From an uncultured Gemmatimonadales bacterium (GTDB taxonomy: Bacteria; Gemmatimonadota; Gemmatimonadetes; Longimicrobiales; Longimicrobiaceae): DNA of 64,000 bases. The notes under the pieces are model-generated. The model made no database searches, was not told where the DNA came from, and was given only the letters and a program-made list of their open reading frames with translations. The stretch spans positions 864,001 to 928,000 of the forward strand of contig OY970303.1 in assembly GCA_963716255.1 (NCBI GenBank). The letters are read 5' to 3'. Made by a program: the position numbers and the translations under genes. Every line of letters starts with the position of its first letter. Within the stretch, counting starts at the first letter, position 1. Positions 10,201-21,480 of the stretch are shown here, in pieces.

Positions 10201-10226
10201 CTCCGGCGGGCGCCAGCGCGAAACCC

Positions 10227-10360
10227 GCGTGAGGGATTTCGGTCCGAAGGGGCGAGACCCCGCGGGCAGTTTCGCGGGGGCTCGACTCCGTTACGCACAG
10301 TTTCATCGTGCGTTACGGAGCCGAAGCCCGACCCCGGCGCCAGCCGGGGGCACGCCCGAC
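10227..10360. repeat. Family A repeat, copy 2
   Basis: Aligns over its full length with 41-174. Confidence 0.9.
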
Positions 10361-10386
10361 CCCGCAGTCCAAGCCGTTGCCGTGCC

Positions 10387-11121
10387 TTACTTCTCGGAAG
10401 CCGCGGAAGACGTGATCTGGCGGTCCTGGAGCACGGGCACCACGGCGAGCCTGTCGATCTGCGCGCAGAAAGCCAGGTCCTCCGCCAGCCCCGCCGCCGC
10501 GAGGTTGCGCCCCGCGACGGTGGAGGCGAACAGCGCTTCGTCCAGCTGGAAGCGCTCGGACAGCGCCAGCGCCGCCCGGGCGCCGTCGTTCAGCTCCCAG
10601 TCGCCGGGGCGCGCCGCCATGAGCCGCGACGCCACCTCCCCGGCGAACACGGCGTCCTCCAGCCCGAAGTGCCGCTCCCGCCCGGAGCACACCAGCACCG
10701 GCTCGCCCTCGGAGCGCGCCAGCTCCTCCACGACGGCGGACAGGTTCAGTGGCGCGGCGATCAGCACCCGCGATCCCCCGGCGGCGAGCGCCATGGCCGT
10801 GGTGCCGTTGGTGGTGCTCATCACCAGCGTCCTGCCCCCCACGCGCTCGGCGGTGAACTCCGCGGGCGAGTTGCCCAGGTCGAACCCCTCGATGGGAAGG
10901 CACTTGCGCTCGCCGCAGAGCAGCACCTGGTCGCGCCCCAGGGTGTTGGCCAGCCGCAGCGCCTCCTCGATGGAGCCCACCGGGTACACCGCCTTCGCGC
11001 CCGCCCCGATCGCCTCCACGATGCTGCTCGTCGCCCGCAGCACGTCGATGACGACGACGACGCGCTCCGCCGTATCGGCGGCGGCGACCTCGCCGGGGGT
11101 CAGGAATACGTCCAGCCTCAT
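10387..11121 (-). CDS. comB: 2-phosphosulfolactate phosphatase family protein
   Basis: VVIDVLRATSSI, GER, FDLGNSP, TTNGT. Confidence 0.88.
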   Translation of the reverse strand: MRLDVFLTPGEVAAADTAERVVVVIDVLRATSSIVEAIGAGAKAVYPVGSIEEALRLANTLGRDQVLLCGERKCLPIEGFDLGNSPAEFTAERVGGRTLVMSTTNGTTAMALAAGGSRVLIAAPLNLSAVVEELARSEGEPVLVCSGRERHFGLEDAVFAGEVASRLMAARPGDWELNDGARAALALSERFQLDEALFASTVAGRNLAAAGLAEDLAFCAQIDRLAVVPVLQDRQITSSAASEK

Positions 11122-11122
11122 T

Positions 11123-12475
<1,353 letters not shown>

Positions 12476-12480
12476 GGCCG

Positions 12481-13668
12481 CTACCTCTCCATCCCGGTGC
12501 CCACGTCCTTCCACCCGGCGTCGGAGGAAGACTCGACGCCGGAGACGCGGAGCGAGAACTCGGAGGGATTGGAAGCGTAGTGCATCGCCCAGTCGAAGGA
12601 GATCAGGCCACGGTGGTAGAGGTCCATCAGGCTCTGGTCGAAGGTCTGCATCCCGTACTGTGTGCGCCCCTCGGCGATCAGCTCGGGGATGTTGTACATC
12701 TGGTCCGCCGCGCGGATCTTGTCCGAGATGGCGGCGGTGTTCACCAGCACCTCGGCGGCGGGAACGCGCCCCTTGCCGTCGGCGCGGGGGATGAGCCGAA
12801 GCGAGATCACCGCCTTGAGCGCCATCGCCAGCATCCCGCGGATCTCGGAGTGCTGGTGCGGCGGGAAGAAGGAGATGATGCGCCCGATGGTCTGGGCGGC
12901 GTCGGTAGTGTGCAGGGTGGAAAGCACCAGGTGGCCGGTGTCGGCCGCCTTGAGCACCGTTTCCATGGAGGCGCGGTCACGGATCTCCCCCAGCAGGATC
13001 ACGTCCGGGTCCTGGCGGAGCACGTAGCGCAGCGCGTCGTGGAACGAGTGCGTGTCGGTGCCCACCTCGCGCTGGCTGATGATGGACCGGGCGTCGCGGT
13101 GAAGGAACTCGATGGGGTCCTCCACCGTCACCACGTTGACCGCCCGCCGCTCGCCCAGGAAGCGGATCATGGAGGCCAGCGTGGTGGACTTGCCGCTCCC
13201 CGTCACCCCGGTCACCAGCACCAGCCCGCGCGGCGCGGTGGCGATGTCCTGCACCACCGGGGGGAGGTGCAGCTCGTCCAGCGCGGGGACCTCGAAGGGG
13301 ATCGCCCGGAAGGAGAACCCCAGGGTGCCGCGCTGCTGGAAGATGTTGGTACGGAAGCGCCCCAGCCCCTGCACCCCGATGGCGAAGTCGATCTCCTTGC
13401 GCTCGGAGAAGGTTTCCTTCTGCCGCGGGTTGAGGAGCGTGTCGGCGCAGCGCTTGAGGTCGTCCGGGCGGAGCGAGGGGAGCGAGGTGTCGTACAGCTC
13501 GCCGTGGATGCGGACCACGGGGGCGCGGCCGGCCTTGAGGTGCAGGTCGGACGCGCCCCGGCGGACCATCTCCTCCAGCGCCTCGCGGAGCACGAACTCG
13601 CGCGGGGCGGTGGGCCGCCCCGGGGAAGGGGCGGGCCCGTCCTGCGCCCACTCTTCGTCGATCCTCAC
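12481..13668 (-). CDS. pilT: PilT/PilU family type IV pilus retraction ATPase
   Basis: [56 protein letters not shown]. Confidence 0.9.
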   Translation of the reverse strand: MRIDEEWAQDGPAPSPGRPTAPREFVLREALEEMVRRGASDLHLKAGRAPVVRIHGELYDTSLPSLRPDDLKRCADTLLNPRQKETFSERKEIDFAIGVQGLGRFRTNIFQQRGTLGFSFRAIPFEVPALDELHLPPVVQDIATAPRGLVLVTGVTGSGKSTTLASMIRFLGERRAVNVVTVEDPIEFLHRDARSIISQREVGTDTHSFHDALRYVLRQDPDVILLGEIRDRASMETVLKAADTGHLVLSTLHTTDAAQTIGRIISFFPPHQHSEIRGMLAMALKAVISLRLIPRADGKGRVPAAEVLVNTAAISDKIRAADQMYNIPELIAEGRTQYGMQTFDQSLMDLYHRGLISFDWAMHYASNPSEFSLRVSGVESSSDAGWKDVGTGMER

Positions 13669-14162
13669 GCGTCGGGCTCGATGCGGAAGAGGACCTGCCC
13701 GTACTCCACCGGCTCGGCGTTCTCGACGCAGATCTCGCGGATGACGCCGGAGTAGTCGGACTCCAGCTCGTTCATCAGCTTCATCGCCTCGAGAATGCAG
13801 AGCGTCTGCCCCTTGCCGACGCGGGTGCCCACCTCGACGTACGAGGGGGCCTCCGGCGCCGGGGACCGGTAGAAGGTGCCCACCATGGGCGACTTGATCT
13901 CCACCAGGTTGCTCGCGGCCGCGGCCGGAGCGGGCGCGCCGCCGGACGGCGCCGGGGCGGCGTGGGACGCGGCGGCCGGCGCGGCCGCGGGCACGGCGTA
14001 TTCCACCGCCGCGCGCGCGGGCGCCGCGGAGGCGGACACCGGCGCGGGGGGAGGCGTCTTGGCGATGCGGATGCGGGTGCCGCCGCGGGAGATCTCCAGG
14101 GAGTCGATCCCGCTGCCGTCCACCGCCTCGATCAGGCCCCGGAGGAAATCAAGGTCGATCAT
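13665..14162 (-). CDS. accB: Biotin carboxyl carrier protein
   Basis: [16 protein letters not shown] biotinylation motif. Confidence 0.95.
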   Translation of the reverse strand: MIDLDFLRGLIEAVDGSGIDSLEISRGGTRIRIAKTPPPAPVSASAAPARAAVEYAVPAAAPAAASHAAPAPSGGAPAPAAAASNLVEIKSPMVGTFYRSPAPEAPSYVEVGTRVGKGQTLCILEAMKLMNELESDYSGVIREICVENAEPVEYGQVLFRIEPDA

Positions 14163-14725
14163 TTGTTGGCGCGCTCGATGTACTTGTCTTCACGGCGGTC
14201 GACGCGGATCACGTCGCCCTCGTTGAGGAACAGCGGCACCTGCACCATCGCGCCCGTTTCCAGCTTGGCCGGCTTGGTCCCGCCGGTGGCGGTGTCGCCG
14301 CGGACGCCCGGGTCGGTCTCGGCGATCGCCAGGGTGACGAAGTAGGGGAGCTCCACGGAGATGACGTTCTCGCCGTGCAGGAGCCCGTCGCACTCCATTC
14401 CCTCCTTGAGGTACTTGAGCTGCTCCTCGCCGATCACCTTGCCGGAGAGCGGGATGCTGTCGTACGTCTGCTGGTCCATGAAGTAGTACAGCTCGCCGTC
14501 GGCGTAGCTGTACTGCATGGGCCGGTGCTCCAGCCGCACCTCGTCGATGCGCTCGCCGGCGCGGAAGGTCTTTTCCAGCACGGCGCCGGTGAGGACGTTG
14601 CGCAGCTTGGTGCGCACCACGGTGTTCCCCTTGCCGGGCTTGTGGTGCTGGAAGAACAGGATGGTCCAGAGAGTGCCATCCATGTTGATGGTCATCCCGT
14701 TCCGGAAGTCGGCCGTCGTAGCCAC
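14159..14725 (-). CDS. efp: Elongation factor P
   Basis: [25 protein letters not shown]. Confidence 0.95.
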   Translation of the reverse strand: MATTADFRNGMTINMDGTLWTILFFQHHKPGKGNTVVRTKLRNVLTGAVLEKTFRAGERIDEVRLEHRPMQYSYADGELYYFMDQQTYDSIPLSGKVIGEEQLKYLKEGMECDGLLHGENVISVELPYFVTLAIAETDPGVRGDTATGGTKPAKLETGAMVQVPLFLNEGDVIRVDRREDKYIERANK

Positions 14726-14740
14726 GAAAATCTCCTTAGT

Positions 14741-15202
14741 TTAAACGGACACGGCCCGGCGCCCCCCGGCCCGGCCGAGGTGCCCGACCAGGGCGCGGAG
14801 CGCCAGCAGGTAGCTGTCCGCCCCGAAGCCGCACACCACCCCCACCGCCCTGTCGGCCAGGTACGAGTGGTGGCGGAACGGCTCCCGGGCGAAGACGTTG
14901 GAAAGATGCACCTCCACGTACGGACGCGCCACTCCCAGCAGCGCGTCCCGCAGGGCGACGCTGGTGTGGGTATACGCGCCGGCGTTCACCAGGATGCCGT
15001 CCACCCGGGGCCCCACCTCCTGCACGTGGCTCACCAGCGCTCCCTCGGAGTTGGACTGGTACGCCTCCAGCTCCGTGCCCAGGTGCAGCGCCAGCGAGGC
15101 CAGCGCCGCGTCCACGTCGGCGAGCGTGCCGTGCCCGTACACCTCCGGCTCGCGCGAGCCCAGCAGGTTCAGGTTGGGCCCGTGGACGACGGCGATCCTC
15201 AA
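14741..15202 (-). CDS. aroQ: Type II 3-dehydroquinate dehydratase
   Basis: [34 protein letters not shown] start overlapping the upstream TGA. Confidence 0.92.
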   Translation of the reverse strand: MRIAVVHGPNLNLLGSREPEVYGHGTLADVDAALASLALHLGTELEAYQSNSEGALVSHVQEVGPRVDGILVNAGAYTHTSVALRDALLGVARPYVEVHLSNVFAREPFRHHSYLADRAVGVVCGFGADSYLLALRALVGHLGRAGGRRAVSV

Positions 15203-17751
15203 CGCTTCAGGCTCTGGAGCCAGGCCTGGAACGACTCCAGGTCCTCGTCGTCGCCGCCCGGCTCGGCCGCGGCGGCCGGCGGGGCCGGCGGCTCGGCGGC
15301 GCGCGGGGGCTCCGGCGCGCGCGCCTCGGGGATCGGGGCCGGGGGCGCGGGCGTGGGCTCCACGAAGAACTCCTCGAAGGAGAAGCCCGCCGCGGGCTGC
15401 GCGTCCGGGGCCGGCGGCGCCTCCGCCGCGGGCTGCGGCGTGGCGGGCGCCAGCTCCCACGGGTACAGGTCGTCGTCCTCGTTCCCGGCGGGGGTGGAGG
15501 CCGCGGCGCCCGCGGACTCCGCCTCCAGCAGGCCGTCGATCTCCATGGGCTCGGCGACGGAGCCCGGGTCCCCGGACACCGGCGCGGCCAGCCAGGGCAT
15601 GTCGTCCTCGTCGTCCTCCGCGGCGGCCTCGTGGAAGCCGCCGGCCACGGTGTCCTCCACCGCGGGCGGCAGCGCCTCCATGGTGCTCGGCGCCACGTCG
15701 GGGGACCCGTCGTCCTCCGCCGGGGCCTCGAACGCGGCGGGCTCCAGGAAGCCGGCGTCGTCCCCGGCGGCGGAATCCGCCGCGGGCTCCGGATCCCACG
15801 ACGGGACCGCGGCGAACGGCTCGGGCTCCGCGGCCGGGGCCGCCTCCGCAGACGCCGCGCCAGCGGCGCCCGCCGGCTGCCACGAGGCGAGGCCGAACAG
15901 GTACTCGCGGACGCTGCGGAACTCCACCGCGGCCGGCGGCGCGGACTCCGCCGCCGCGAGGGCGGGCTCCGGGAAGCCTGCGTCCGCGTCGCCGCCGGCA
16001 TCCATCCCGGCCGCCTCGCCGGCGCCCGCGGGCGCCTCGAGCTGAGGCTCGTCGGCGAAGGCGTCGTCCGCGAAGCCGGCGTCCATCCACGGCTCTGCGA
16101 GCGCGGGCTCAGCGGTCCCGGGCACCTCCATGGCGAACTCGTCCGCGGGCGGCCCGGCGGCGAAGGGCTCGGCCGCGAAGGGCTCGGGGGCTCCGAAGTC
16201 GTCGGCGGCCGGGTCGCCGGAGGCGAGGTCGTCGGAGAACGGGTCGCCGGAAAGCAGGTCGTGCGCGGCGCTCGCCACCACCGGGGGCTCGCCGGCGTCG
16301 GATGCGGCCGCGGCGGGGACGTCCGTCGGCGCGGGGGCGAGGAACGCTTCGTCCCGCGCGAAGATCGCGGCGACCTCCTCGGCCTCCGACTCGGGGGCGG
16401 CCCAGGGGAGCGACCGGTCCTCCATCGCGGCGATCTCGTCCGGCTCGGGGGCGTAGCCGTCGAAGGCGTCGTGCAGACCGGCGGAGGGGGCCGGCGCCAC
16501 GTCGCCGAAGCCGCCCTCGAACGAGTCCGCGAAGGCGTCCTCGCCCTCGGGCGCGGGAGAGGCGTACGGGAGGGACTCGCCCCCCGCGAACGCGGCCGGC
16601 TCGTCCTCGGCGGCGCGCTCCGGCTCGTCGACGCTCCACTCCAGCAGGGGGAGGTCGTCGGTGTCGGTGGCGGGGCCGGCCGGGGCCTCGGCGCCGGGGG
16701 TCCAGGCGCCGGGCGCCTCGTCCGCGGCCCCGCCGGAGGCCAGGTGCTCCACCTCGCGGAGGCGGGCCTCCAGCGCGGGGTCGCCGCCGCGCCGGCGGAT
16801 CAGCTCGCGGTACACGTCGGCGGCGCGGTCGTGGAAGCCCTGCCGGGCGTACAGCTCGGCGATGGTCTCGGTGACCACCTCGTCGCCCTCGGGCTCGGGC
16901 TCCGCCGCCCCCGCGTCGCCGCCCGCGAACGAGGAGGTGTCCAGCTCCACCGTGCCGCCCGAGAACGGGTCCCACCCGCCCGGCTCGCCGGGGGCCGACC
17001 AGGGCTGCGCTTCCGGGCGATCCACCGGCTCCGGGACGGCATCGCTCAGCTCCAGGTCGCCGAAGGAGAGCGCGGCGAACGGCTCGGCGGGCGCGGACTC
17101 CTCCGCGGGCGCCCCGGGCTGGACGCCGGAGTCCAGGTCCACCGCTCCCCACTCCAGCGCCTCGTCCGGGCGGGACGCACCCTCCCCCGCGGGCGCGGCG
17201 GTCTCGGTCCCCGAGCTCCAGATCAGGTCGTCGTCCACGATCCCGCTCGCGGGGAGCCCCGCGTCGATCGTGACGTCTTCCGCGGGACGCTCCCACCACT
17301 CGGCACCGCCCTCGCCGCCGGCGGAGGGCGCCGGGCGCGATTCCAGGGCCTCCAGCGCCTGGCGGGCGTCCTCGTTCATGGGGTCCACCGCCAGCAGCTC
17401 GCGGTACCAGCGCACCGCCTCGTCGCTCCGCCCCCCCTCGCTCGCCATCTCCCCCAGCGAGCGCAGCGCGATGAGGTTCTGCGGGTCCACGGAAAGCACG
17501 TAGCGGAACTCGCTCACCGCGGCGTCGGTCGCGCCGCCGTCGGCCAGGCACCGCCCCAGCACGATGTGCGCGCTGAGGTAGTCCGGGTGGCGGCGCAGCC
17601 CCTCGCGCAACAGAGCCTCGGCCTGGTCGAGCGCGCCCATCTTCCGGTATGCGTTCGCCAGGGGAACGAAGTAGCGTCCCTGGGGGTTCTCTGCGTGGTA
17701 GCGCTCGAGCTTCTGAACCTCGGCAGCAAGCTCAGGGGGGACTTCAGCCAT
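15199..17751 (-). CDS. TPR protein with long acidic low-complexity region
   Basis: N-terminal TPR helices, internal [13 protein letters not shown]-terminal [22 protein letters not shown]. Confidence 0.75.
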   Translation of the reverse strand: MAEVPPELAAEVQKLERYHAENPQGRYFVPLANAYRKMGALDQAEALLREGLRRHPDYLSAHIVLGRCLADGGATDAAVSEFRYVLSVDPQNLIALRSLGEMASEGGRSDEAVRWYRELLAVDPMNEDARQALEALESRPAPSAGGEGGAEWWERPAEDVTIDAGLPASGIVDDDLIWSSGTETAAPAGEGASRPDEALEWGAVDLDSGVQPGAPAEESAPAEPFAALSFGDLELSDAVPEPVDRPEAQPWSAPGEPGGWDPFSGGTVELDTSSFAGGDAGAAEPEPEGDEVVTETIAELYARQGFHDRAADVYRELIRRRGGDPALEARLREVEHLASGGAADEAPGAWTPGAEAPAGPATDTDDLPLLEWSVDEPERAAEDEPAAFAGGESLPYASPAPEGEDAFADSFEGGFGDVAPAPSAGLHDAFDGYAPEPDEIAAMEDRSLPWAAPESEAEEVAAIFARDEAFLAPAPTDVPAAAASDAGEPPVVASAAHDLLSGDPFSDDLASGDPAADDFGAPEPFAAEPFAAGPPADEFAMEVPGTAEPALAEPWMDAGFADDAFADEPQLEAPAGAGEAAGMDAGGDADAGFPEPALAAAESAPPAAVEFRSVREYLFGLASWQPAGAAGAASAEAAPAAEPEPFAAVPSWDPEPAADSAAGDDAGFLEPAAFEAPAEDDGSPDVAPSTMEALPPAVEDTVAGGFHEAAAEDDEDDMPWLAAPVSGDPGSVAEPMEIDGLLEAESAGAAASTPAGNEDDDLYPWELAPATPQPAAEAPPAPDAQPAAGFSFEEFFVEPTPAPPAPIPEARAPEPPRAAEPPAPPAAAAEPGGDDEDLESFQAWLQSLKR

Positions 17752-17965
17752 GAGTCTCCTACGCGCGTGAAGAAAATGCGGGGGTGAGGCCGGCGAGAGG
17801 AGGAGCAACTTACTGGAGCGCCGCGGGACGTGTCAACAGACTTCGGCCCTCCCCGCGGGCGCGGCTTGCGCCCCCGCGAGTTCGTAAGTAATTTTTCCGT
17901 CTTCATCTTCGCCCCAGGTGGTCCCTCTCGCCGTTCCCGTTCCAAGATCCGGAGTTTGAATTCCT

Positions 17966-19789
17966 ATGATGCAGAGCATGCGGGGCAAGGCCGGGAAGAT
18001 CCTCGGCTTCATCTTCGCGCTGGCGTTCGTCGGCTGGATGTTCTTCGAGCTGGGGCTGGACGTGACCGGCCGCGGAAACAACACCAATGCCAACGAGCTC
18101 GGCCGGGTCAACGGTGAGCCGGTCCTGAACCAGCAGTTCCAGGCGGCCTACCAGGAGCTCTCGCAGCAGGCGCAGCAGGGGGGGAAGCAGATCTCCGCCG
18201 AGCAGCGCAGGGAGCTGGAGCAGGCGGCGTGGGACCGCGTGGTGAACCAGATCCTGATCCAGCAGGCGATCCGCGACCGCGGGATCCGGGCGACGGACCA
18301 GGAGGTCCGCCTGGCGGCGCTGAACAACCCGCACCCGGCCCTGATGCAGAACGAGCTGTTCCAGACCAACGGGCAGTTCGACCTGGCGAAGTACCAGCGC
18401 TACCTGCAGAGCCCGGCCACCAGCGAGGACATGCTCCTCCAGCTGGAGGAGTACTACCGGGTGATGGTGCCGCAGCAGAAGCTGTTCAGCCAGATCACCT
18501 CCGGCGTCTACATCTCGGACGCGGAGCTGTGGCGCGCCTGGCAGGACCGCAACGAGACGGCGACGGTGGAGTACGTGGCGCTGGACGCGTCGCGCCTGGT
18601 GCCGGGCGAGGTGCAGGTGAGCGACGCGGAGGTGAAGAAGTACTACGACGCGCACGAGGACGACTTCAAGCGCGGCACGAGCGCGCGCCTGACGGTGGCC
18701 CTGCTCGCCAAGGCGACCACGCGCGGCGACACGCTGGCGTCGCTGGAGCGGGCGGAGCGGGTGCGCGCGGAGCTGGCCGGCGGCGCCGACTTCGCCGAGG
18801 TGGCGAAGCGCGAGTCGTCGGACCCGGGCTCCAAGGACAGCGGCGGCGACCTGGGAACCTTCGGGCGCGGGCAGATGGTGGCGGCGTTCGACGCGGCGGC
18901 CTTCGCGCTGCCGGTGGGCGAGATCTCGCAACCGGTGCTCTCGCCCTTCGGCTACCACCTGATCCAGGTGCAGGAGAGGAACGGCGACCAGGTCAAGGCG
19001 CGCCACATCCTGATCCCGGTGGAAAAGAGCGACGCGGAGCTGGACCGCTTCTACGCCAAGGCGGACTCGCTGGAGGAGCTGGCGCAGCGCAGCGGGATCG
19101 AGCGCGCCGCCCGTGCCACGGGCGCGGCGATCCGCACCGGGGTGACGGTATCGGAGAACTCGCCCTTCGTGCCGGGGATCGGCTCGGCGCTGGAGGCGGT
19201 GGAGTGGGCGGAGCAGGAGACGCGCGACGGCGCCAGGGCCGGCCAGGTCAGCGACCTGCTGGAAACGGAGCAGGCCTTCTTCGTCGCCAAGCTGGAGTCG
19301 TTCACCCCGGCCGGCACCACGCCGCTGGCGCAGGCTACGCAGCAGATCCGCCGCCAGCTGGTGCTGGAGAAGAAGCAGGAGCAGGCGCGCAGGATCGGGC
19401 AGGAGCTGGTGGCCCAGGTGCGCGCCGGCAAGACGCTGCAGCAGGTGGCGGCGGCGCGCGGGCTGGAGGTGCGCCAGGCAGGCCCCTTCACCCGCGGCGA
19501 CCCTAACCCGGCTCTCGGCCAGGCCAACGCGGCCGTGGGCGCCGCCTTCGGAGTGCCGGTGGGCAAGGTGAGCGACGTGGTGAAGACCAGCGCCGGGCTC
19601 TTCATCGTCCGCCCGGTGGCCCGCGTGGAGGCCGACCGCAAGGCCTTCGAGGGGCAGAGGCAGCAGATGAGGGCCCTGGCCACCTCCCGCCTGCAGCAGG
19701 ATGCCGTGGAGCGCTGGCTGCAGAGCATCCGCAAGGCCGCGGACATCCAGGACCGCCGCAAGGAGATCTTCAACCAGCAGAGCGCCTGA
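17966..19789 (+). CDS. ppiD: PpiD/SurA-like peptidyl-prolyl isomerase chaperone
   Basis: N-terminal anchor, parvulin motifs DFAEVAKRES, GGDLG, FGYHLI, ARHILI. Confidence 0.85.
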   Translation: MMQSMRGKAGKILGFIFALAFVGWMFFELGLDVTGRGNNTNANELGRVNGEPVLNQQFQAAYQELSQQAQQGGKQISAEQRRELEQAAWDRVVNQILIQQAIRDRGIRATDQEVRLAALNNPHPALMQNELFQTNGQFDLAKYQRYLQSPATSEDMLLQLEEYYRVMVPQQKLFSQITSGVYISDAELWRAWQDRNETATVEYVALDASRLVPGEVQVSDAEVKKYYDAHEDDFKRGTSARLTVALLAKATTRGDTLASLERAERVRAELAGGADFAEVAKRESSDPGSKDSGGDLGTFGRGQMVAAFDAAAFALPVGEISQPVLSPFGYHLIQVQERNGDQVKARHILIPVEKSDAELDRFYAKADSLEELAQRSGIERAARATGAAIRTGVTVSENSPFVPGIGSALEAVEWAEQETRDGARAGQVSDLLETEQAFFVAKLESFTPAGTTPLAQATQQIRRQLVLEKKQEQARRIGQELVAQVRAGKTLQQVAAARGLEVRQAGPFTRGDPNPALGQANAAVGAAFGVPVGKVSDVVKTSAGLFIVRPVARVEADRKAFEGQRQQMRALATSRLQQDAVERWLQSIRKAADIQDRRKEIFNQQSA

Positions 19790-19835
19790 CCTGATAGGGA
19801 ACAGGAAACAGCCTGCAACGGCAGTACGAAAGACG

Positions 19836-19874
19836 GAGGCCCGCCCCTCGCGCGAGGGGCGGGCCTCTTTGTTT
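19836..19874 (+). terminator. Intrinsic terminator after ppiD
   Basis: GAGGCCCGCCCCTCG/CGAGGGGCGGGCCTC followed by TTTGTTT. Confidence 0.75.
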
Positions 19875-20127
19875 GTCCGCGAGTTCCGCGCGGCACCCCC
19901 ACCCGGCGGCCTGAGAGCCCGCCACCCTCCCCCGTTCCGGGGGAGGGCTCGCCGCAGGTCACGGCCTCGTCTGCGTCGACAATCTACCCTCGCGCGACGC
20001 AGTCGCGCAGCCGTTACCGAACCGGGAGCCGAGGCGAAGAGAAATCGTGCAGCCACCCGCAAGCGGGTCCCCGGAGCCGCCCGCAGGGCAACGCAGAGCT
20101 GCGCGATTTATCGAGCCGACCGGGGCG

Positions 20128-20403
20128 CTACAGCCAGGTGCGGGCTCCCAGGGCGACTATGAACACCCCGATCACGCTCAGGAAATTGAGGTGGAAGACC
20201 AGCGGGCCGAGGGTCACCCCGACGGCCACCAGGTCGATCACCAGGGGGCCGAAGGCCGCGGCGACGGAGGTGGTGAAGAAGGTACGCGCCGCGCTCTGCG
20301 GCATGAACCCGACCGCGAGCTCGGTGAGGAGGGCACCGAGGACCATTCCGACGAGGACGACCAGGAGCAGGCGACCGACACGGCGGCGTACGGCGACGTT
20401 CAT
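20128..20403 (-). CDS. Small membrane protein (DUF4321-like)
   Basis: 91 aa, hydrophobic, GPLVIDL..LG..LNFLS pattern. Confidence 0.65.
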   Translation of the reverse strand: MNVAVRRRVGRLLLVVLVGMVLGALLTELAVGFMPQSAARTFFTTSVAAAFGPLVIDLVAVGVTLGPLVFHLNFLSVIGVFIVALGARTWL

Positions 20404-20433
20404 CTCACCTCCCGACCCATGTGAAGACGCCGC

Positions 20434-21420
20434 TCAGCGGCGGCGCTCGATTGCGTATGCGATGCTCGTCCGCAGTGCGTCCAGCGCGGGCCCCTCGGGG
20501 AGCCCCTCCAGCGCCTCCTCCGCGCGACGGGCGTACTCAAGCGCCGTGCCTCTCGCATAATCCAAGCCGCCACGCGCGCGGACGATCCGCACGATCGCGG
20601 CGATGCGCGCGTCGCTGGGCTCGGGGTCGCGGAAGAGGGCGTCCACCTCGTCCCGCTCGGCGGCGGAGAGCGAGGGAAGCACCGCGATGAGCGGGAGCGT
20701 CACCTTGTGCTCGCGCAGGTCCAGCCCGGTGGGCTTGCCGGTGACTGCCTCGTCGGCGGTGTAGTCCAGCAGGTCGTCGGCGATCTGGAAGGCCATCCCC
20801 AGCTCGCGCCCGAACTGCGCCAGCGGCTCGCGCAGCTCCGCGTCGCCGGCGAGCGCGCCCAGCTCGCAGGCGGCGGACATCAGCGAGGCGGTCTTGGAGT
20901 CGATCAGGCGGAAGTAGTCGTCCTGCCCGAAGTCCAGCGCGTCGTGCGAGGCCAGCTGCCGCATCTCGCCCACCGTCATGGCGTTGGCGGCGGTGGCGAG
21001 GACGCGGATGGGCTCCACCTTCCCCAGCCGGGTGATCTCGGTGAGGGCGCGGGTATACAGGTAGTCGCCCATGATGACGGCCACCTGGTGGCTCCACACC
21101 GAGTTGACGGTGGGCATCCCCCGGCGCAGGACGGAGTGGTCCACGGCGTCGTCGTGCACCAGCGTCGCCAGGTGCACCAGCTCCAGCACGGCGGCCAGCG
21201 TGGCGGCGTCGGGGCCGGGACGTCCGCCCACCTCGTTGCACAGGAGGGTGAGGGTGGGCCGGAAGAGCTTGCCGCGCACCTTGAGCAGGTGGTCGTTGAC
21301 CTCCGCGACCATGCCGAAGTCCGCCACGACGATGCGGCGGATCTCCTCGAACACGGTGTCCAGGCGCTCGCGGACGGGGGCCTGGATCTCGGAAAGTCTC
21401 GGCGGTGCGGTGCGAAGCAT
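20434..21420 (-). CDS. Polyprenyl diphosphate synthase (IspB-like)
   Basis: GKLFRP, LVHDDAVD, RRG, FQIADDLLD. Confidence 0.92.
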   Translation of the reverse strand: MLRTAPPRLSEIQAPVRERLDTVFEEIRRIVVADFGMVAEVNDHLLKVRGKLFRPTLTLLCNEVGGRPGPDAATLAAVLELVHLATLVHDDAVDHSVLRRGMPTVNSVWSHQVAVIMGDYLYTRALTEITRLGKVEPIRVLATAANAMTVGEMRQLASHDALDFGQDDYFRLIDSKTASLMSAACELGALAGDAELREPLAQFGRELGMAFQIADDLLDYTADEAVTGKPTGLDLREHKVTLPLIAVLPSLSAAERDEVDALFRDPEPSDARIAAIVRIVRARGGLDYARGTALEYARRAEEALEGLPEGPALDALRTSIAYAIERRR

Positions 21421-21480
21421 CGTACGATCGTGCAGGGAGCGCTGGGAAGCGCGAAAGCTAACCGTGGGGCCCGCGAGTTG

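Noticed and set aside
19950..20120. Possible ncRNA between ppiD and the DUF4321-like gene
   Set aside because: Only short hairpins, a single copy in the window and no recognisable RNA family motif.
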